Assembly: GCF_006345805.1 (NCBI RefSeq)
Contig: NC_043012.1
Span: 2,542,001-2,606,000 of the forward strand
Length of the DNA: 64,000 nucleotides
Direction of reading: 5' to 3'
DNA from: Octopus sinensis
Lineage: Eukaryota
Of this stretch, positions 39,958-52,757 are shown one piece after another (within the stretch, counting starts at the first letter, position 1; every line of letters starts with the position of its first letter). The translations under genes were made by a program, and so were the position numbers. Below the pieces are notes generated by a model, which saw nothing but the letters and a program-made list of their open reading frames with translations, was not told the DNA's origin and made no database searches.

Positions 39958-41876
39958 ACCAGGACTCTGCTGAACACAACATTTGTTTTGAGGTGTACTC
40001 TTGCCCACTGCATCTTCTGCTCCTTAATCCCCACCTCGCTTTTTCTTCTTTGTTTTCTCGTAGTTAAATTGTGATTCATTCCTTATGTAAGTAGAAGATA
40101 TATTCGGAATTCATGATTTACTGGAAAATGTTTTTTGTTGTTTATCTCCTAGGTCAGTTCTGATTTAACAAACTTGTGATCAAAGACATTCTAGATGTGA
40201 CCATCTACCCTTTCTCAAACACAGTGTATTTGATAGCATGTCTTATACTTTTGCTAATTGTTTTAGGTATCTATGTGGTGGCAAGTAGACACAGGTATTC
40301 TTTCAAACTTTTCTGCCCTTGATCCTGTCAAACATTCAAGGTGTGACCAGTGGAAAGGGGAGAGGACTTCACCAGCACTATATTAGTATGTGTCTTTCAT
40401 TTGAATGGACTGGAGCAACATGGTGTGGAATGCCTTGCCCAAGGACAGATTGTGCGGCCAGGTGCAGAAATTGAACCAATGCCTTACTGTCATAAAATGA
40501 TTTCACTCTAACACTAGGCTGTGTACTTTCACCTCTCTTGAGCTAGACTTCATACAGATGATTATATAGTCTATCTTTTCGACAAACTTGCAGCGCTTCC
40601 TCTTCAAATCTGCAGATGATCTTGAAAGATTTTCTTATTTCTATTTAAGACAAGTGATTAGGGCACCTGATTACCACCTTCCTCAATATTGCAACCCCAC
40701 CCTATGAAGGGACCTTGTCTTGCACGTTAATTGGTAAATCCATTAGCGCTGGTGCCATGAAAAATGTACCTGGTACACTCTTTATAGGGGTTGATGTTAG
40801 GAAGGGAATCCAGCCATAGGAGCCATGCCAAAGCAGAGAACTGGGGACCAATGCAGTCCTCAGGTTGCTTAATGCTGCCATGTCAGTATGGATCATTGTC
40901 ATCATCATCATCATCATTTAATGTCCATCTTCCATGCTGGCACGGGTTTGACGGTTTAACAAGAGCTGGCAAGTCAGAGGAATACACTAAGCTCCAATGT
41001 CTGTCACAGACATTAAATGCTGATGATGATGATGATATATGTATATACATGTCTGCATGTGGGTGCAAGCATGACTATGTTTACGAAATTGCGCCACAGC
41101 TGTGTAGTTTTGGCTTCAGTCCCAATGCACTGCATGTAGGTGCAAGTATCTTCTATTATCATCATCATCATCATCATCATCACCATCATGATTTCAAATC
41201 TTGTTGCGACTCATTTAATCATTGGTCTTCACAGTCAGTAATTATCACACCCATTTCTGAAGTTAAGGTAGTTCATACTAAGAGAAGCAGAGAGCAGTGA
41301 AAATAATGTATTGAAACTTCCAGGTCATAATTTGCAGACACCTCCAACCTGTGCATACACGTGAAGTCTCTATTATGTTAATACTAATACAACGACATTT
41401 TGGAGCTGTTGAGGTTATCCTTTTTCAGGCAGTTGACATCTGCTCTTTTTTATTTTTTGTATTTTTTTGAAAAAATTTTTCTTGCATTCATCTGAATTGG
41501 TCATCATATTTTATGTATCTGTGTTTGAGATCATGGTCTAGCATTTAAGGTGTGAAATAATAGCTTATGAATATGAATCTTGCCGAAACACAGGTACATA
41601 AATTTAGGACATACAGATTTTCTTTTGTAAATTAATTTATCACAAGAGGAGTGGCAAGTGTCCATGTGCCTCTCTAAGACTTCCCAGACAATGTACAAAG
41701 AACAAACTGTTTGAAAAAATGCATTTATTTTCCTTATCGAACATGGAAAATGAAGCTTAGCTGTGTGGAAATGTCATTCTCTCAGAATAAAAAAAAACAC
41801 AAAAGTAAAAATTAAAATTTGATGATGATTGAAAAGAATAAATAACTTAACATTTGTTATGTTTGTTTCTTTGCAG

Positions 41877-41894
41877 TAACTGCAACCATGCGCG
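41877..41894 (+). other. Mical: 5'UTR part of the first coding exon (implies an upstream non-coding exon)
   Basis: Pyrimidine-rich tract plus GCAG acceptor immediately before; in-frame TAA at 41877-41879. Confidence 0.7.
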
Positions 41895-42164
41895 ATGGAG
41901 ACTTCTGCGCCAGAAAGTGGGTACAGTGGAGACCCAAATGTACTGTTTGACCAGTTTGTGAATGCAGGGACATGTAAATCTATCTTACATACATTCCAAC
42001 TACTCTGCGATTCCTTGGAGATTAAACAGACGGATCACCGACATTTCTATCGAAGGTTGAAATTGAGATTGACATCATGGAAAGCTCAGTCACTGTGGGC
42101 CAAGCTGGACAAAAGAGCAAGCCACAAGGAATACAGAAAAGGCGAAGCTTGCGTAAATACCAAG
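41895..42164 (+). CDS. Mical: MICAL monooxygenase, coding exon 1 (METSAPESG...ACVNTK)
   Basis: Acceptor ttgcAG at 41875-41876, in-frame TAA at 41877, ATG at 41895, donor AAG|GTAGGT; 270 nt, phase 0. Peptide (LFDQFV, SWKAQSLWAKLDKRA) matches the MICAL N-terminus. Confidence 0.95.
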
Positions 42165-42312
42165 GTAGGTTGTTAAATTTTGATAAGTTTCATATGTTGC
42201 TTTGGCACCTCTCACTTAAAATACTGCTTGAATAAAAATAATTTTTTTGCTTTTACCTGCAATTAAGAAAAAGCACTTAAGACAGGATTTATTAGCTGTG
42301 AATGTAGCATTT

Positions 42313-42590
42313 ACCGAACCGCTAAGTTACAGGGACATAAACACACCAGCATCGGTTGTCAAGTGATGGTGGGGAGGACAAACGCTGACACACAAACACA
42401 CATACATTATATATATATATACATACACACACACACACAGCAGGCTTCTTTCAGTTTCCATCTACCAAACCCATTCACAAGGGTTTGGTTGGCCCGAGTC
42501 TGTAGTAGAAGACACTTGCAAAGGTGCCATGCAGTGAGACTGAACCTGGAACCATGTGGTTGGGAAGCAAGCTATTTACCACACAGCCAT
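42313..42590 (-). mobile_element. SINE family A, 3'-truncated, MICAL intron 1
   Basis: Head and middle present. Confidence 0.8.
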
Positions 42591-43080
42591 ATAAATTATA
42601 CAAATTAATTAATGACAGAAGAATACGAGTTACATAATGACCTTCATTAGCTTACAACTGTTGAGTGCCAGTGTGACATTCTATACTTTTGTCAGACCCT
42701 TAACGTGAAATTTCTACAGGTTTTGTCAGAGTTTTAACATGAAGCATTTCTTTACTGAGGAAAGTATTTGTGTGTGTGTGTGCATGCACACACACACATT
42801 TAAATTTATAGCTGAAGAAAAGAACTTTCCAATATCTGTGGTAGTTTACTCATATATTTGAAGCTGAGACTACTCTCTGTGACCATTTTAAATTTCTTGC
42901 TACCATTTTTGACAGCATTTTCTCTGTCAGTCACCATAAAAAAGGGAAGAAACTATATAGAGATGGGGAGAAACTTCACCATTAGATGAATAACTAAATA
43001 AGTAAATGTATAAAAAAAAGACATACAGAACATTCAAACATTATCTTTTGTCTTGAATGAGAAAGAAAGTACTCAACAGT

Positions 43081-43463
43081 AGTGGCTGTGTGGTAAGTAG
43101 CTTGTTTACCAACCACATGGTTCCGGGTTCAGTCCCACTGCGTGGCATCTTGGGCAAGTGTCTTCTACTATAGCCTCGGGCCGACCAAAGCCTTGTGAGT
43201 GGATTTGGTAGACGGAAACTGGAAGAAGCCCGTCGTATATATGTATATATATATATATCCATGTGTGTGTGTCTGTCCCCCTAGCATTGCTTGACAACCG
43301 ATGCTGGTGTGTTTATGTCCCTGTCACTAAGCGGCTCGGCAAAAAAGACCGATAGAATAAGTACTGGGCTTACAAAGAATAAGTCCCGGGGTCGAGTTGC
43401 TCGATTAAAAAGCGGTGCTCCAGCATGGCCGCAGTCAAATGACTGAAACAAGTAAAAGAGTAA
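43081..43463 (+). mobile_element. SINE family A, full length, young, MICAL intron 1
   Basis: Near-consensus, CpGs intact. Confidence 0.9.
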
Positions 43464-43552
43464 CACTTGTTGTAGAGTATATTATTTAAACTGAACTCCT
43501 TTCTGCTATATATGTATGTACTTATATATATATATTGTTATTTTTATTTCAG

Positions 43553-43760
43553 GTACTCATCATTGGTTCAGGACCATGTGGTTTGAGGACAGCAATAGAG
43601 ATTGCTCTGTTGGGTGGGAAGGCCGTGGTGTTAGAGAAGCGAGATAGTTTTTCTCGTAACAATGTTCTACATCTTTGGCCATTCCTGATAACTGACCTGA
43701 AGAATTTTGGTGCCAAGAAGTTCTTTGGGAAATTCTGTGCTGGTTCCATTGATCATATAA
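43553..43760 (+). CDS. Mical: MICAL coding exon 2 ([16 protein letters not shown]...CAGSIDHI), FAD-binding GxGxxG motif
   Basis: tttcAG|GTA acceptor, A|GTAAGT donor, 208 nt. [23 protein letters not shown] and [10 protein letters not shown] are MICAL hallmarks. Confidence 0.97.
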
Positions 43761-45782
43761 GTAAGTTTGACCGATTTACATTCACTTCTGAAGAGATTAT
43801 TCAATTTTCTTGTTTCCTGTTCTTCATGAGTATCACAATTGTTAACAGTGTTAATTGTATGGAGATCAGATATAGAATACCAGAGAACAAAATGCCTTGG
43901 ATCATTTAGTTTTGTACCTGTATGTTCTGGGTTCAAATCTCACTGGACTTCACTTATCCTTTAATTCCTTTTGAGTTGATAAAAATATATTGGTTAAATA
44001 CTGAAAGTGATATATAATCAACTAAACCCTTCCTAAAATTTGTGGCTCTGTTCTTCGGTTAAGAATCATTGCTATTCTCTGTCATTATTATTGGTGGAGT
44101 TTGTTAAGCAGCTGATGGAAAGCCTACAGTATTTAGTCATTCATAGTTCAAATTTTACTGATTTTTACTATGGCTTTCATCCTTCCAAGGTTGATGAATT
44201 ATATACTACCTAAGTGTTTGGGTTGATATAACTGGCTACAAAATGTTTAGCTCTGTGCGTTGATTTTGCTTTAAAGTGCAAGAGGTACAACGTGTCTCAC
44301 TTTTTGGAGATGAGACACTTTATAGCTATTGAAACCTTTTGTAAGCTATATAGAAACCATTGTAGTTGTTGTTATTGATTATTTTAAGTACAAATCAAAG
44401 TAAATAATAAGAAAATGCAAAAAGAAAAAAGGCAAAAATCATGTTAAATATGTGAAGTTAAAAAATGCTATAATGCTTAAGAAAATTGATTGATTCTGTA
44501 ATGAAGAATTTATAACCTTTTGATACCAGCCACCTGAGATTGCTTCTGGTTCTTTGGCAGAAAACTGTTAATTTTAAAATGTTTATATTTAAATCTTTAA
44601 CTGTAAAATTTAATTTTATGGTTATTTGACTAAGAATGTTTTTAGATTTTGACTAAAAAATAGAATTGATATTTTCTGTAACCCACATTTCCTCAGTAAA
44701 CTTGACATGTCTCAACATAAAACAATTTCAAACAAGACATTCTTCAACAAAGACACGATATATAAAACGGGCTTTCTGCAGTTAACACCAATGAAATTTC
44801 GAGTGGATGTATCTGTAAAAGGATTAAATTTAAAACCTTCTAGAATGTAATTTATATGTTCTAAACACCAGTTTAATAATGAAAATAATGAAACATTTAG
44901 TCATTTTACTAAATCCGTTCAAATTCTCAATTATTTAAAGAAATTAATTGAAAAATCACTGGCTATATATTTTGTTAGAAATATGGTCCATTTTAAAATA
45001 TTCTTATTTAAATTTGAATCCTAGCTTTCTTCTGTGGTAAAACTTTTTATAATATCCAAACACTATCTTAACCTTTTAGCATTTAACTAGCCATATTTGG
45101 CTAAAATGTCCTATCTATTTAATATTCAAACCACCTATATCCTGTTTCTCACATCTACCTATTCTAAAAATAATCAGTCATATCACCAACATCTCAAAGC
45201 TGTGAAATAATGAATGATTAATTACAAACATAGTGAATAAATAAGCATTACATTTGACAGTAGTCTGAATGCTAAAGAGTTAGTGATGACTTCAGATTTT
45301 GGCACAAGGCCAGCAATTTCAGGGGAGTGGGTAAATCAGTTATATCAACCCCAGTGATCAACTGGTACTTATTTTATTGACCCCCAAAAGAATGAAAGGC
45401 AAATCAACCATGACAGAATTTGAACTTGGAATGTAAAGATAGAAGAAATTCCGCTAAGCATTTTGCCCAGCATGCTAACAATTCTGCTAACTCGCTGCCT
45501 TTGAGGTCGATAAACCCCAAAGGGTTAATAATAGTAACAGTTATTTTATTAATTTTTTCCAAATTCTTCAATATTTAACAAAATTGATTGTAAAACCATA
45601 GACAATGTATTTCATTAAAAGAAATATGGTCATAGAAGAGTTAACAAAATGTCTAGCCCGAAAAGATGGTCAGTGGCCATTAAGAAATTATTCTTTCAGT
45701 GTTTGACCAACTAACTGTCTGTTAAATAAATTTTTGTATTATGGCAATAAAATTGGTTTGAATGTTTTGTTTTTTTCTTCAG

Positions 45783-45899
45783 GTATCCGTCAACTTCAGT
45801 GCATTCTGTTAAAAGTTGCTCTTATTTTTGGTGTGGAGGTGCACTACAATGTATCGTTTGAGAATCTTTTAGAACCCCCGGCTGATCAAAGCAAAGAAA
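45783..45899 (+). CDS. Mical: MICAL coding exon 3 ([21 protein letters not shown]...QSKE)
   Basis: cttcAG|GT acceptor, A|GTAAGT donor, 117 nt; phase 1 matches both neighbours. Too short for the ORF track, read manually. Confidence 0.95.
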
Positions 45900-46420
45900 G
45901 TAAGTTCTAGCATTTCTTCTGTTAGTTTTGGTTATTTACAGCCTAGATTGATTACCAGAAAACTGGAAATTAATTTAGATGGAACTTACAAATGAATGTT
46001 AAAAGCAGTCTTAAACATATCTTGGTGAACTCATCCTCCCAAGTTACACCTGTATGGAGATTTCTTACCTGTTTCCAGTATCACTAGGGAAAGGTACTTG
46101 TGCTTTGCGAGACAGTACTGGTGAGCTAAACAAAGGCTGGAAAGTGACCTGTTGCTATGGATGTCAAAGCATGGCCATTCTCGAGCTGGTTGTCTGAGCA
46201 CAATAGGGGAGAAAACTTGTATGGCACCATGATACACCTAAACATGCTAAGGGTTAATGATCTGTGATAAATATATTTCTAAGGCTTGGTAAATGCTGAA
46301 TTCTGTATGTTAACAACATTAAATTGTCTTGACATTTTGACTATTTTAAAAAATTATTTTAGATTTGTAATTTACTTTTGTGAATAACCAACATATAAAG
46401 TATATTCACAGATTATAGTA

Positions 46421-47195
46421 ATCTTTTATTTATTTTAGTCACTAGACTATGGCCATGCTGGGGCACCACTTTGAAGAATTGTTAGTTGAGCAAATCAACC
46501 CCAGTGCCTATATTTTTTTAGTCTGGTACATATTCAATCAGTCTCTTTTGCTTAACTGCTAATGTTATGGGGACATAAACACACAAACACCAGTTGTCAA
46601 ATGGTAGTTTTGGAGATAAATACAGACACGAAGACACACTCACACACACACACACACATATATCTCTATCTCTATATATATATATAACGGCAGTTTGTCT
46701 GTCTGTATGTCTGTCAGGTTGTACCCTCACCCTGACCACGGCTTTCAACCGATTCTGATGAAACTTGACACACACATAGCCCAATGTCATAATTCAAAAC
46801 TAACGCAACGAAAATTTTGAGAAGTTCCCCCAGTTCTGAAAAAAATCGATAAATTCAACATGAGGTCGAGAATCTAAGCTTTTTATATGCAACACATTTT
46901 CTGTCGGGAGACAGCTAGGAACATCGTATACATAGAAGTATTCGAGTGAAGAGAAGACATTGCAACCTACACATGCGCCTTCATTCCCTAGAGGGAAAGA
47001 ACTAGATTGGGATTAGTCGTTGCCTACTGGGGCTCTTACATACCCGGGCAACGCCGGGCTATGCTGCTAGTAAATTATATAGTTGGCCTCACGCTATAGT
47101 AGAAGACACTTGCCCAAGGCACCATGCAGTGGGACTGAACCCAGAACCATATGGTTGAGAAGCAAACTTCTTACCACACAGCCAGGCCAGCACCT
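46421..47195 (-). mobile_element. SINE family A, split by a Helitron-type insertion
   Basis: Tail half 46421-46660, head half 47085-47195. Confidence 0.7.
46663..47070 (+). mobile_element. Non-autonomous Helitron-type element
   Basis: 5' A|TC start, subterminal hairpin CCCGGGCAACGCCGGG (47043-47058), 3' CTAG|T end, no TSD. Confidence 0.8.
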
Positions 47196-47445
47196 ATGTA
47201 TACATTTGTATTTGAGTGTGTGTGATTTCCTGTTGCACTCATTTAGATTCCTTGAGGCTGGTTTGTATCTCTGTTTGTTGTGGCTTGAAGCACAAATGAA
47301 AAATATTTCTACTTTATGAATGTGAGATCAGACTATCATTGGTAACATTTCCCATGTTTATCTGTCCTATTGATTTTTATAAATGTTAAAATTAGAAGAC
47401 TGATCCAACCCTTATGACTTTTAAACAAAAATTTGAATTGTTAAC

Positions 47446-47605
47446 TAAATATCAATTTAGATTATCTGATATAAGAAATTATTTATACCTTAAAATCAAT
47501 TTTTTTTTTTTTGGATCCAAACCATTTAAATATCAATTTAGATTATCTGATATAAGAAATTATTTATACCTTAAAATCAATTTTTTTTTTTGGATCCAAA
47601 CCATT
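47446..47605. repeat. Direct tandem duplication, 81/79 bp
   Basis: Copies are identical except for the T-run length. Confidence 0.95.
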
Positions 47606-47641
47606 TTTTTTTTTACTGCTTTTAATTAATAGCTATCTATT

Positions 47642-47691
47642 TTTTATTAATTACTTTAGTTCATGATCATGAACTAAAGTAATTAATAAAA
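47642..47691. repeat. Perfect 50-bp spacerless palindrome
   Basis: TTTTATTAATTACTTTAGTTCATGA|TCATGAACTAAAGTAATTAATAAAA. Confidence 0.97.
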
Positions 47692-48299
47692 TCCTTTTTT
47701 TTTTTTTTACTTTGTCTTCTGTTCATGCATTATGATGAAAGGAAAATTCTACAACAGGCCTGGGGACATGTTAAGAGAGATATCAGATTAAGGGTGCTAC
47801 ACATTTGGAATTAACAATAGATTTAATCAATATGTCTTGAAGAGTACTAGACCTACTTCCTGTCAGTAATGATGGAAATGGGAGGGAAGCTTAATGAGTA
47901 AATAAATGGTCCAGACAGTGATTGAGTAGTTAAAGATATTCGACCTGATTAAAGGTTGTTGAGTTCCAGCTTCAGCAGGCTACATGCTTGCGTTGTTTCT
48001 TTTTTTTGGTTGTGACGTACAGTGTATATTTTGACAGTTGGAGCTGCTTGAGAGCAGAAGGGATTAAACATGACAGAAGGGATAAAGAGATAACACCTGA
48101 ATACCTAGTCTGTTGTTAGTTCGTATGTACTGAAAATGTATTATAAGGCACAGGTGTGGCTTCCCAACCATGTAGTCTTGTGTTCAATCCTACTGCATGG
48201 CACTTTGGGCGAGTGCATTCTCTACTATACCCCCAGGATGACCATTGTCTTGTGAGTGAATTTAGTTGACAGAAACTCTGTGTGTGTGGTTGCATATAC

Positions 48300-48505
48300 C
48301 TATTTCTTTACTACCCACAAGGAGCTAAACACAGAGAGGACAAACAAGGACAGACAAACTGATTAAGTCGATTATATCGACCCCAGTGCGTAACTGGTAC
48401 TTAATTTATCAACCCCGAAAGGATGAAAGGCAAAGTCGACCTCGGCGGAATTTGAACTCACAACGTAACGGCAGACGAAATACCGCTACACATTTCGCCT
48501 GACAT
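48300..48505 (-). mobile_element. SINE family B, young copy
   Basis: Reverse complement of 58221-58445. Other copies at ~19170-19405(+), ~45295-45505(-), ~62290-62440(+) and ~62550-62700(+). Confidence 0.8.
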
Positions 48506-49342
48506 CATGTGTTATTTATTTTTTAGAAAAACATGCCAGGCCATGGGGGAGATATTTCCATGCTTGGAAACAGGTGAGGACTGGTGAGAGGAAGGGCATC
48601 CAGCCATAGAAAATCTACCTCAACAAATTCCGTCTGATCCATGCAAGCCTGTGAAAGTGTATGTTAAATGATGATGATGATGATGAATCTTCCTGCACAA
48701 GGCACTTCATTCTGTATTGTCAGAATTGTTGGGTAGTCTGAGGTCAGCTCCGATCAAGCAGACCCATGTTGCACCAAGATGTTACCTACATGTCTATTAT
48801 TAATCATATGCCATGTATGCATGACCGTACTGCACATACCAAAAAGCAATAGTTGAGCATAAGGTGGCACAATGTGACAGTAATTTGTTTTTGTGTACCT
48901 GTTGATCCTTAACCCCAGGTTAATCCAGATCAAGCAAACCTATGATCAAAAGTGTTGACTATTCTCATTTCTTAGTATATATATATCACCGTGATCACCG
49001 TGACCGACCAAGCTATCAGATGTTGCTTCACATCGCTGGTCACAATGCGCTTTGCATTGTTTTAGCCTTCAAGTCACGCCACCCAGCTGGCTAAGCGAGC
49101 AGGCCAAGTATATATATATATATACTATGTGTAAAATGAATATGAGATCCACATTCTAATCTTTAGACTGTTTGCCTTCACAAGTACATGGTCTACTGGT
49201 TAATGTGTTGGCCTCCTGATCATAAAGTTATAAGTTCGATTCCCAAACTGGGTAGTGTGCTGTGTCCTTGAGCAAGGTACTTCATTCCTCATTGCCCCAG
49301 TCTACCTAGCTGAAAATGAGTACCAACTTAATTGCAGGAAGT

Positions 49343-49390
<48 letters not shown>

Positions 49391-49964
49391 TATCACATCC
49401 TCAGTGTTCCACTGGGTCAAAGGCAGTAAGGTTAAGAGGCTGTCTGTGTGTCTGCTTGTCTCTCCCTGGGCACCTAAAACAACTAGTGAAAGCGTTGTAC
49501 AAGCCACAGATCTTTGCTTGCGAGTGACAGCTAAGCTCTCTAGAACTACACTATTTGTTGTGTCCTTCCTGTCCTCTAAGACACTACAATGTGATTTAAA
49601 GTAGATTTGGTTGCTAATTCTAACAAATCAAGAGAGCACATAGAAGCTCATTAGTCTGTAGATCCTGATCGTGGCCAATGTGGACTCAGTCAACACATGG
49701 TAGTTGCTGTTCCAGAATACCTCTGAGAACCTAACAGAAGATTACACTCAGGACTTTAAAGCTAGTAAAGCTGCAGCTTAGCATCTTATCCAATGCTGGA
49801 AGAATATTTGTTTCTGATCAATTTAACACAGAAGAAACCAAGGTTAAGAAGTGACTCAATGGTAGAAAAGAGTGAGCTTTAATTACTTTAGTTTTTGTTA
49901 TATCAATTACAATCAAAGTCAAAATCGAAATCGATCAACATCAATGGAAATTGTAGCTGTGATA

Positions 49965-50225
49965 ACAGTGCCGGTGGCACGTAAGAGAACCATCCGAACG
50001 TGGCTGTTGCCAGCGCTGCCCCGACTGGCCTCCGTGCCGGTGGCACGTAAAAAGCACCATCCTATTGTGGCCGTTGCCAGCCTCGTCTGGCCTCCATGCC
50101 GGTGGCACGTAAAAAGCACCACCCGATCGTGGCCGTTTGCCAGCCTTCTGGCTTCCCAGACCCCAGTTGAACCATCCAACCCATGCTAGCATGGAAAACG
50201 GATGCTAAACGATGATGATGATGAA
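49965..50225 (+). mobile_element. Family F repeat: tandem GTGCCGGTGGCAC hairpin units plus RTE-like 3' end with (GAT)n tail
   Basis: Units at 49968, 50034 and 50096, then CATCCAACCCATGCTAGCATGGAAAACGG and (GAT)n. Related pieces at ~12720-12960(-), ~14920-15390(-), ~15915-16020(+), ~48530-48686(+) and ~53855-54050(+). Confidence 0.7.
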
Positions 50226-51002
50226 TTACAATGGTATATGGTGATTACTTAATTTGCTAACCTGACTTTGGAAGTAGGTCATTGTTGCTTACGGAGTATT
50301 ATGATTTTTTAAATAATTCTAAAGTGGATAGAATTATAAATGTAAGAATCAGGGTATTGTCCTCTTCTATCTCTCAATGGAAGCCAATGCAGCCATCTGT
50401 TGCCGTGCTTACTCAGATAGTGTTGTTTCTAAGAAGAAAAAAAACAAGTTTAAACCCTTTTATCTGCGTGTATGTATATTCTAATCAATATATATTATAA
50501 TGGATATTCATCAAACAGGAAATTGATATAGAAAATAAAATTATAGAGAAGAAAATCAAGAATAATTTTGAAATTGTACAAACTAAGTTATCTTAACGAA
50601 TAAAAGTTTTCATTACTTTTGTTCTGATAATCATATTTGAAGGCAAAAATTCTGTAAATGTTCAGGTAACCATTTCCCACCATTTAGTAGACAATGTCAG
50701 ATTATATTAAGCAAGAACTATTACAAGAATTTATATAACTCAAATGCAACTAGGCTCAAATATCCTTTTTATCATCAGTTTCCACTGAATGTATTTTATC
50801 TGGTGAACTAAAGTAGTGAAACTTTGTGATACTTTTAAATAGAGTTTCAGAGTTGGTACTTGTCTGGCAACAATTTGATTTGAGATTGTATACTCAAACT
50901 GAAGCAATTGATTATATCATGGGAGACACATATCAACCATTCAAAACCACAAAATCTGTGAGTAGGATGTAGATAATGCAATGAAGATTTTGTCACCAAA
51001 TA

Positions 51003-51233
51003 TTAATCCTTTAGCATTCAGATTAGTTTGTGAAATGTATTGCTTACTTATTCACTTTGGTTTGAATTAACAATGCATTATCTCAAAGCTTCAAGATTTC
51101 AATGATGTGATCATTTGTTTTTAGAATGACATTGAAAGGTAGGTGTGAAAGGTCGGATCTGGCGGCCTGTTTGAACATAAAACACGTAGAATATTTGGGC
51201 CAGAAACGACCAGTTTAAATGCTAAAGAGTTAA
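51003..51233. mobile_element. TTAA MITE family 2 (TTAACCCTTTAGCA termini)
   Basis: TTAATCCTTTAGCA ... TGCTAAAGAGTTAA; homologues at 16471-16699 and 45068-45283. Confidence 0.75.
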
Positions 51234-51434
51234 ATGATTGAGTGAGGTTAACAATTTTTATGTTTTTGAATGGCTAATATGATTCTCCCATTTAATTGAT
51301 TTATAAAGTTTGTTTTCTATAAGATTATTTGTATTTTGATGACAAACATGTAAAAAAAATTCAGACATTTTGATTGTTTATATTTACATATCTTAAAGTC
51401 ACTTCACTGATTATGTGTGTTTATTGCATTACAG

Positions 51435-51536
51435 AAATTGGATGGCGTGCACTGGTTATTCCGGCAAACCATCCTGTATCAGAATATCAATTTGATGTTC
51501 TTATTGGTGCTGATGGCAAAAGAAACACATTGGAAG
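51435..51536 (+). CDS. Mical: MICAL coding exon 4 ([34 protein letters not shown]), DG motif
   Basis: attacAG acceptor, G|GTAATT donor, 102 nt, phase 1; GADG FAD-contact motif. Confidence 0.95.
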
Positions 51537-51859
51537 GTAATTCAAGCTGGTTATTTATTTATATTTCCTAATCTCAATGTTAACTTTACAGATGACATTA
51601 ACATAACATTTTCTTAAGTCTTAGCTCCTCTCTACACCAGCTCTCACCATACATTCACAAATTAGAAATAATATTTCACAAGAAGGGATAAACAAGTACC
51701 CTGAACAAATTCAGATCCCTACTTCGTACCTCAGTAATTAGAGACACATTGTCTTCTGGTCTTCTGACTCCCCTAATACGCAGTGAAACCAATATCTCTC
51801 AGGAATGAAAGACTAAAGTCATACACATCACATGCAACATCACATGGAAGATATAATAA

Positions 51860-52326
51860 TAATAATAATAATAATGATGATAATAATAATAATAATAATA
51901 ATAATTCTTTTATTAGCCTCAAGGGGTTACATAAAATAAAATTAAAGGACATGCAACAACATAAAAGACAAAAACGGCATGATACAATGGGTTTTCCACG
52001 TGTAAACAAGATAAATAATTAAAATTGAACAAATTAAAACTCCCAATAGGGGAGGCACTTTAAGGCCCTCATAGAAAACCCCACCAAAGCCACAGCTACT
52101 TTTTTCTACAGGTGCACGCTCAGAGTTGGTCCTTTCACACTGGCCATTCTTCCAACATTCACCCACCTTTCAACAAACTTGCTAGAAGGCAACACCTCCT
52201 TCTCCACCCTCAACTTCCTTTTCAAATGAAACTTGAAAAAGTTGATGAGGGCTTGGCCAAAGAGGAAAGTGTCTGTCTTTAGCCCTTTCAAATGGATCCA
52301 CCATACTACCTCTTTTGCTTCAGCCA
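51860..52326 (-). mobile_element. 3' end of an L1/Tx1-like LINE (ORF2 C-terminus, 3'UTR, AATAAA, (TTA)n tail)
   Basis: 52106-52324 open: AEAKEVVWWIHLKGLKTDTFLFGQALINFFKFHLKRKLRVEKEVLPSSKFVERWVNVGRM...*; AATAAA at 51909-51914(-) followed by (TTA)n. Confidence 0.6.
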
Positions 52327-52329
52327 GTA

Positions 52330-52724
52330 GACAAATAATAATTCTTTTTAATAGTACAAGGCCTGAAATTTTGTGGCAGGAGGGTGTTAGCTGATTGCAT
52401 TGATCCCAGTGTTCAACTGGTACTTATTTTACCAGCCCTGAAAGAATGAACAGCAAGGTCGACTTTGGTAGGATTTGAACTCAATGCATGAAGCTGGAAG
52501 AAATGCCACTAAGCAATGGTTTGTCTGGCATGCTAACAGTTCTGCCAACTTAATAAGTCTTTCTAATTGTAGCACAAGACCAGCAATTTTAAGGGATTAC
52601 ATCAACTCCAGTGCTTGATTGATGCTTATTTTATTGACCTTGAAGGGATGAAAGGCAAAATTGACCTTGATGGGATTTCAATTCCAAATATAAAGAAGAA
52701 AAGGGTTAGGGTTAAGCTCACCAC

Positions 52725-52757
<33 letters not shown>

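Noticed and set aside
46-41800. Many 60-130 aa ORFs in the track
   Set aside because: They derive from microsatellites (IYIY, HTHT, VCVC) or recurring SINE text (e.g. EDTCPRCHAVGLNPEPCGW).
46750-46770. CTGATGA hammerhead core in the Helitron
   Set aside because: No stem II or GAAAC-NUH arrangement follows.
49968-50120. CRISPR-like repeat-spacer array
   Set aside because: Eukaryotic context, and the spacers are homologous to each other, so it is a tandem repeat.
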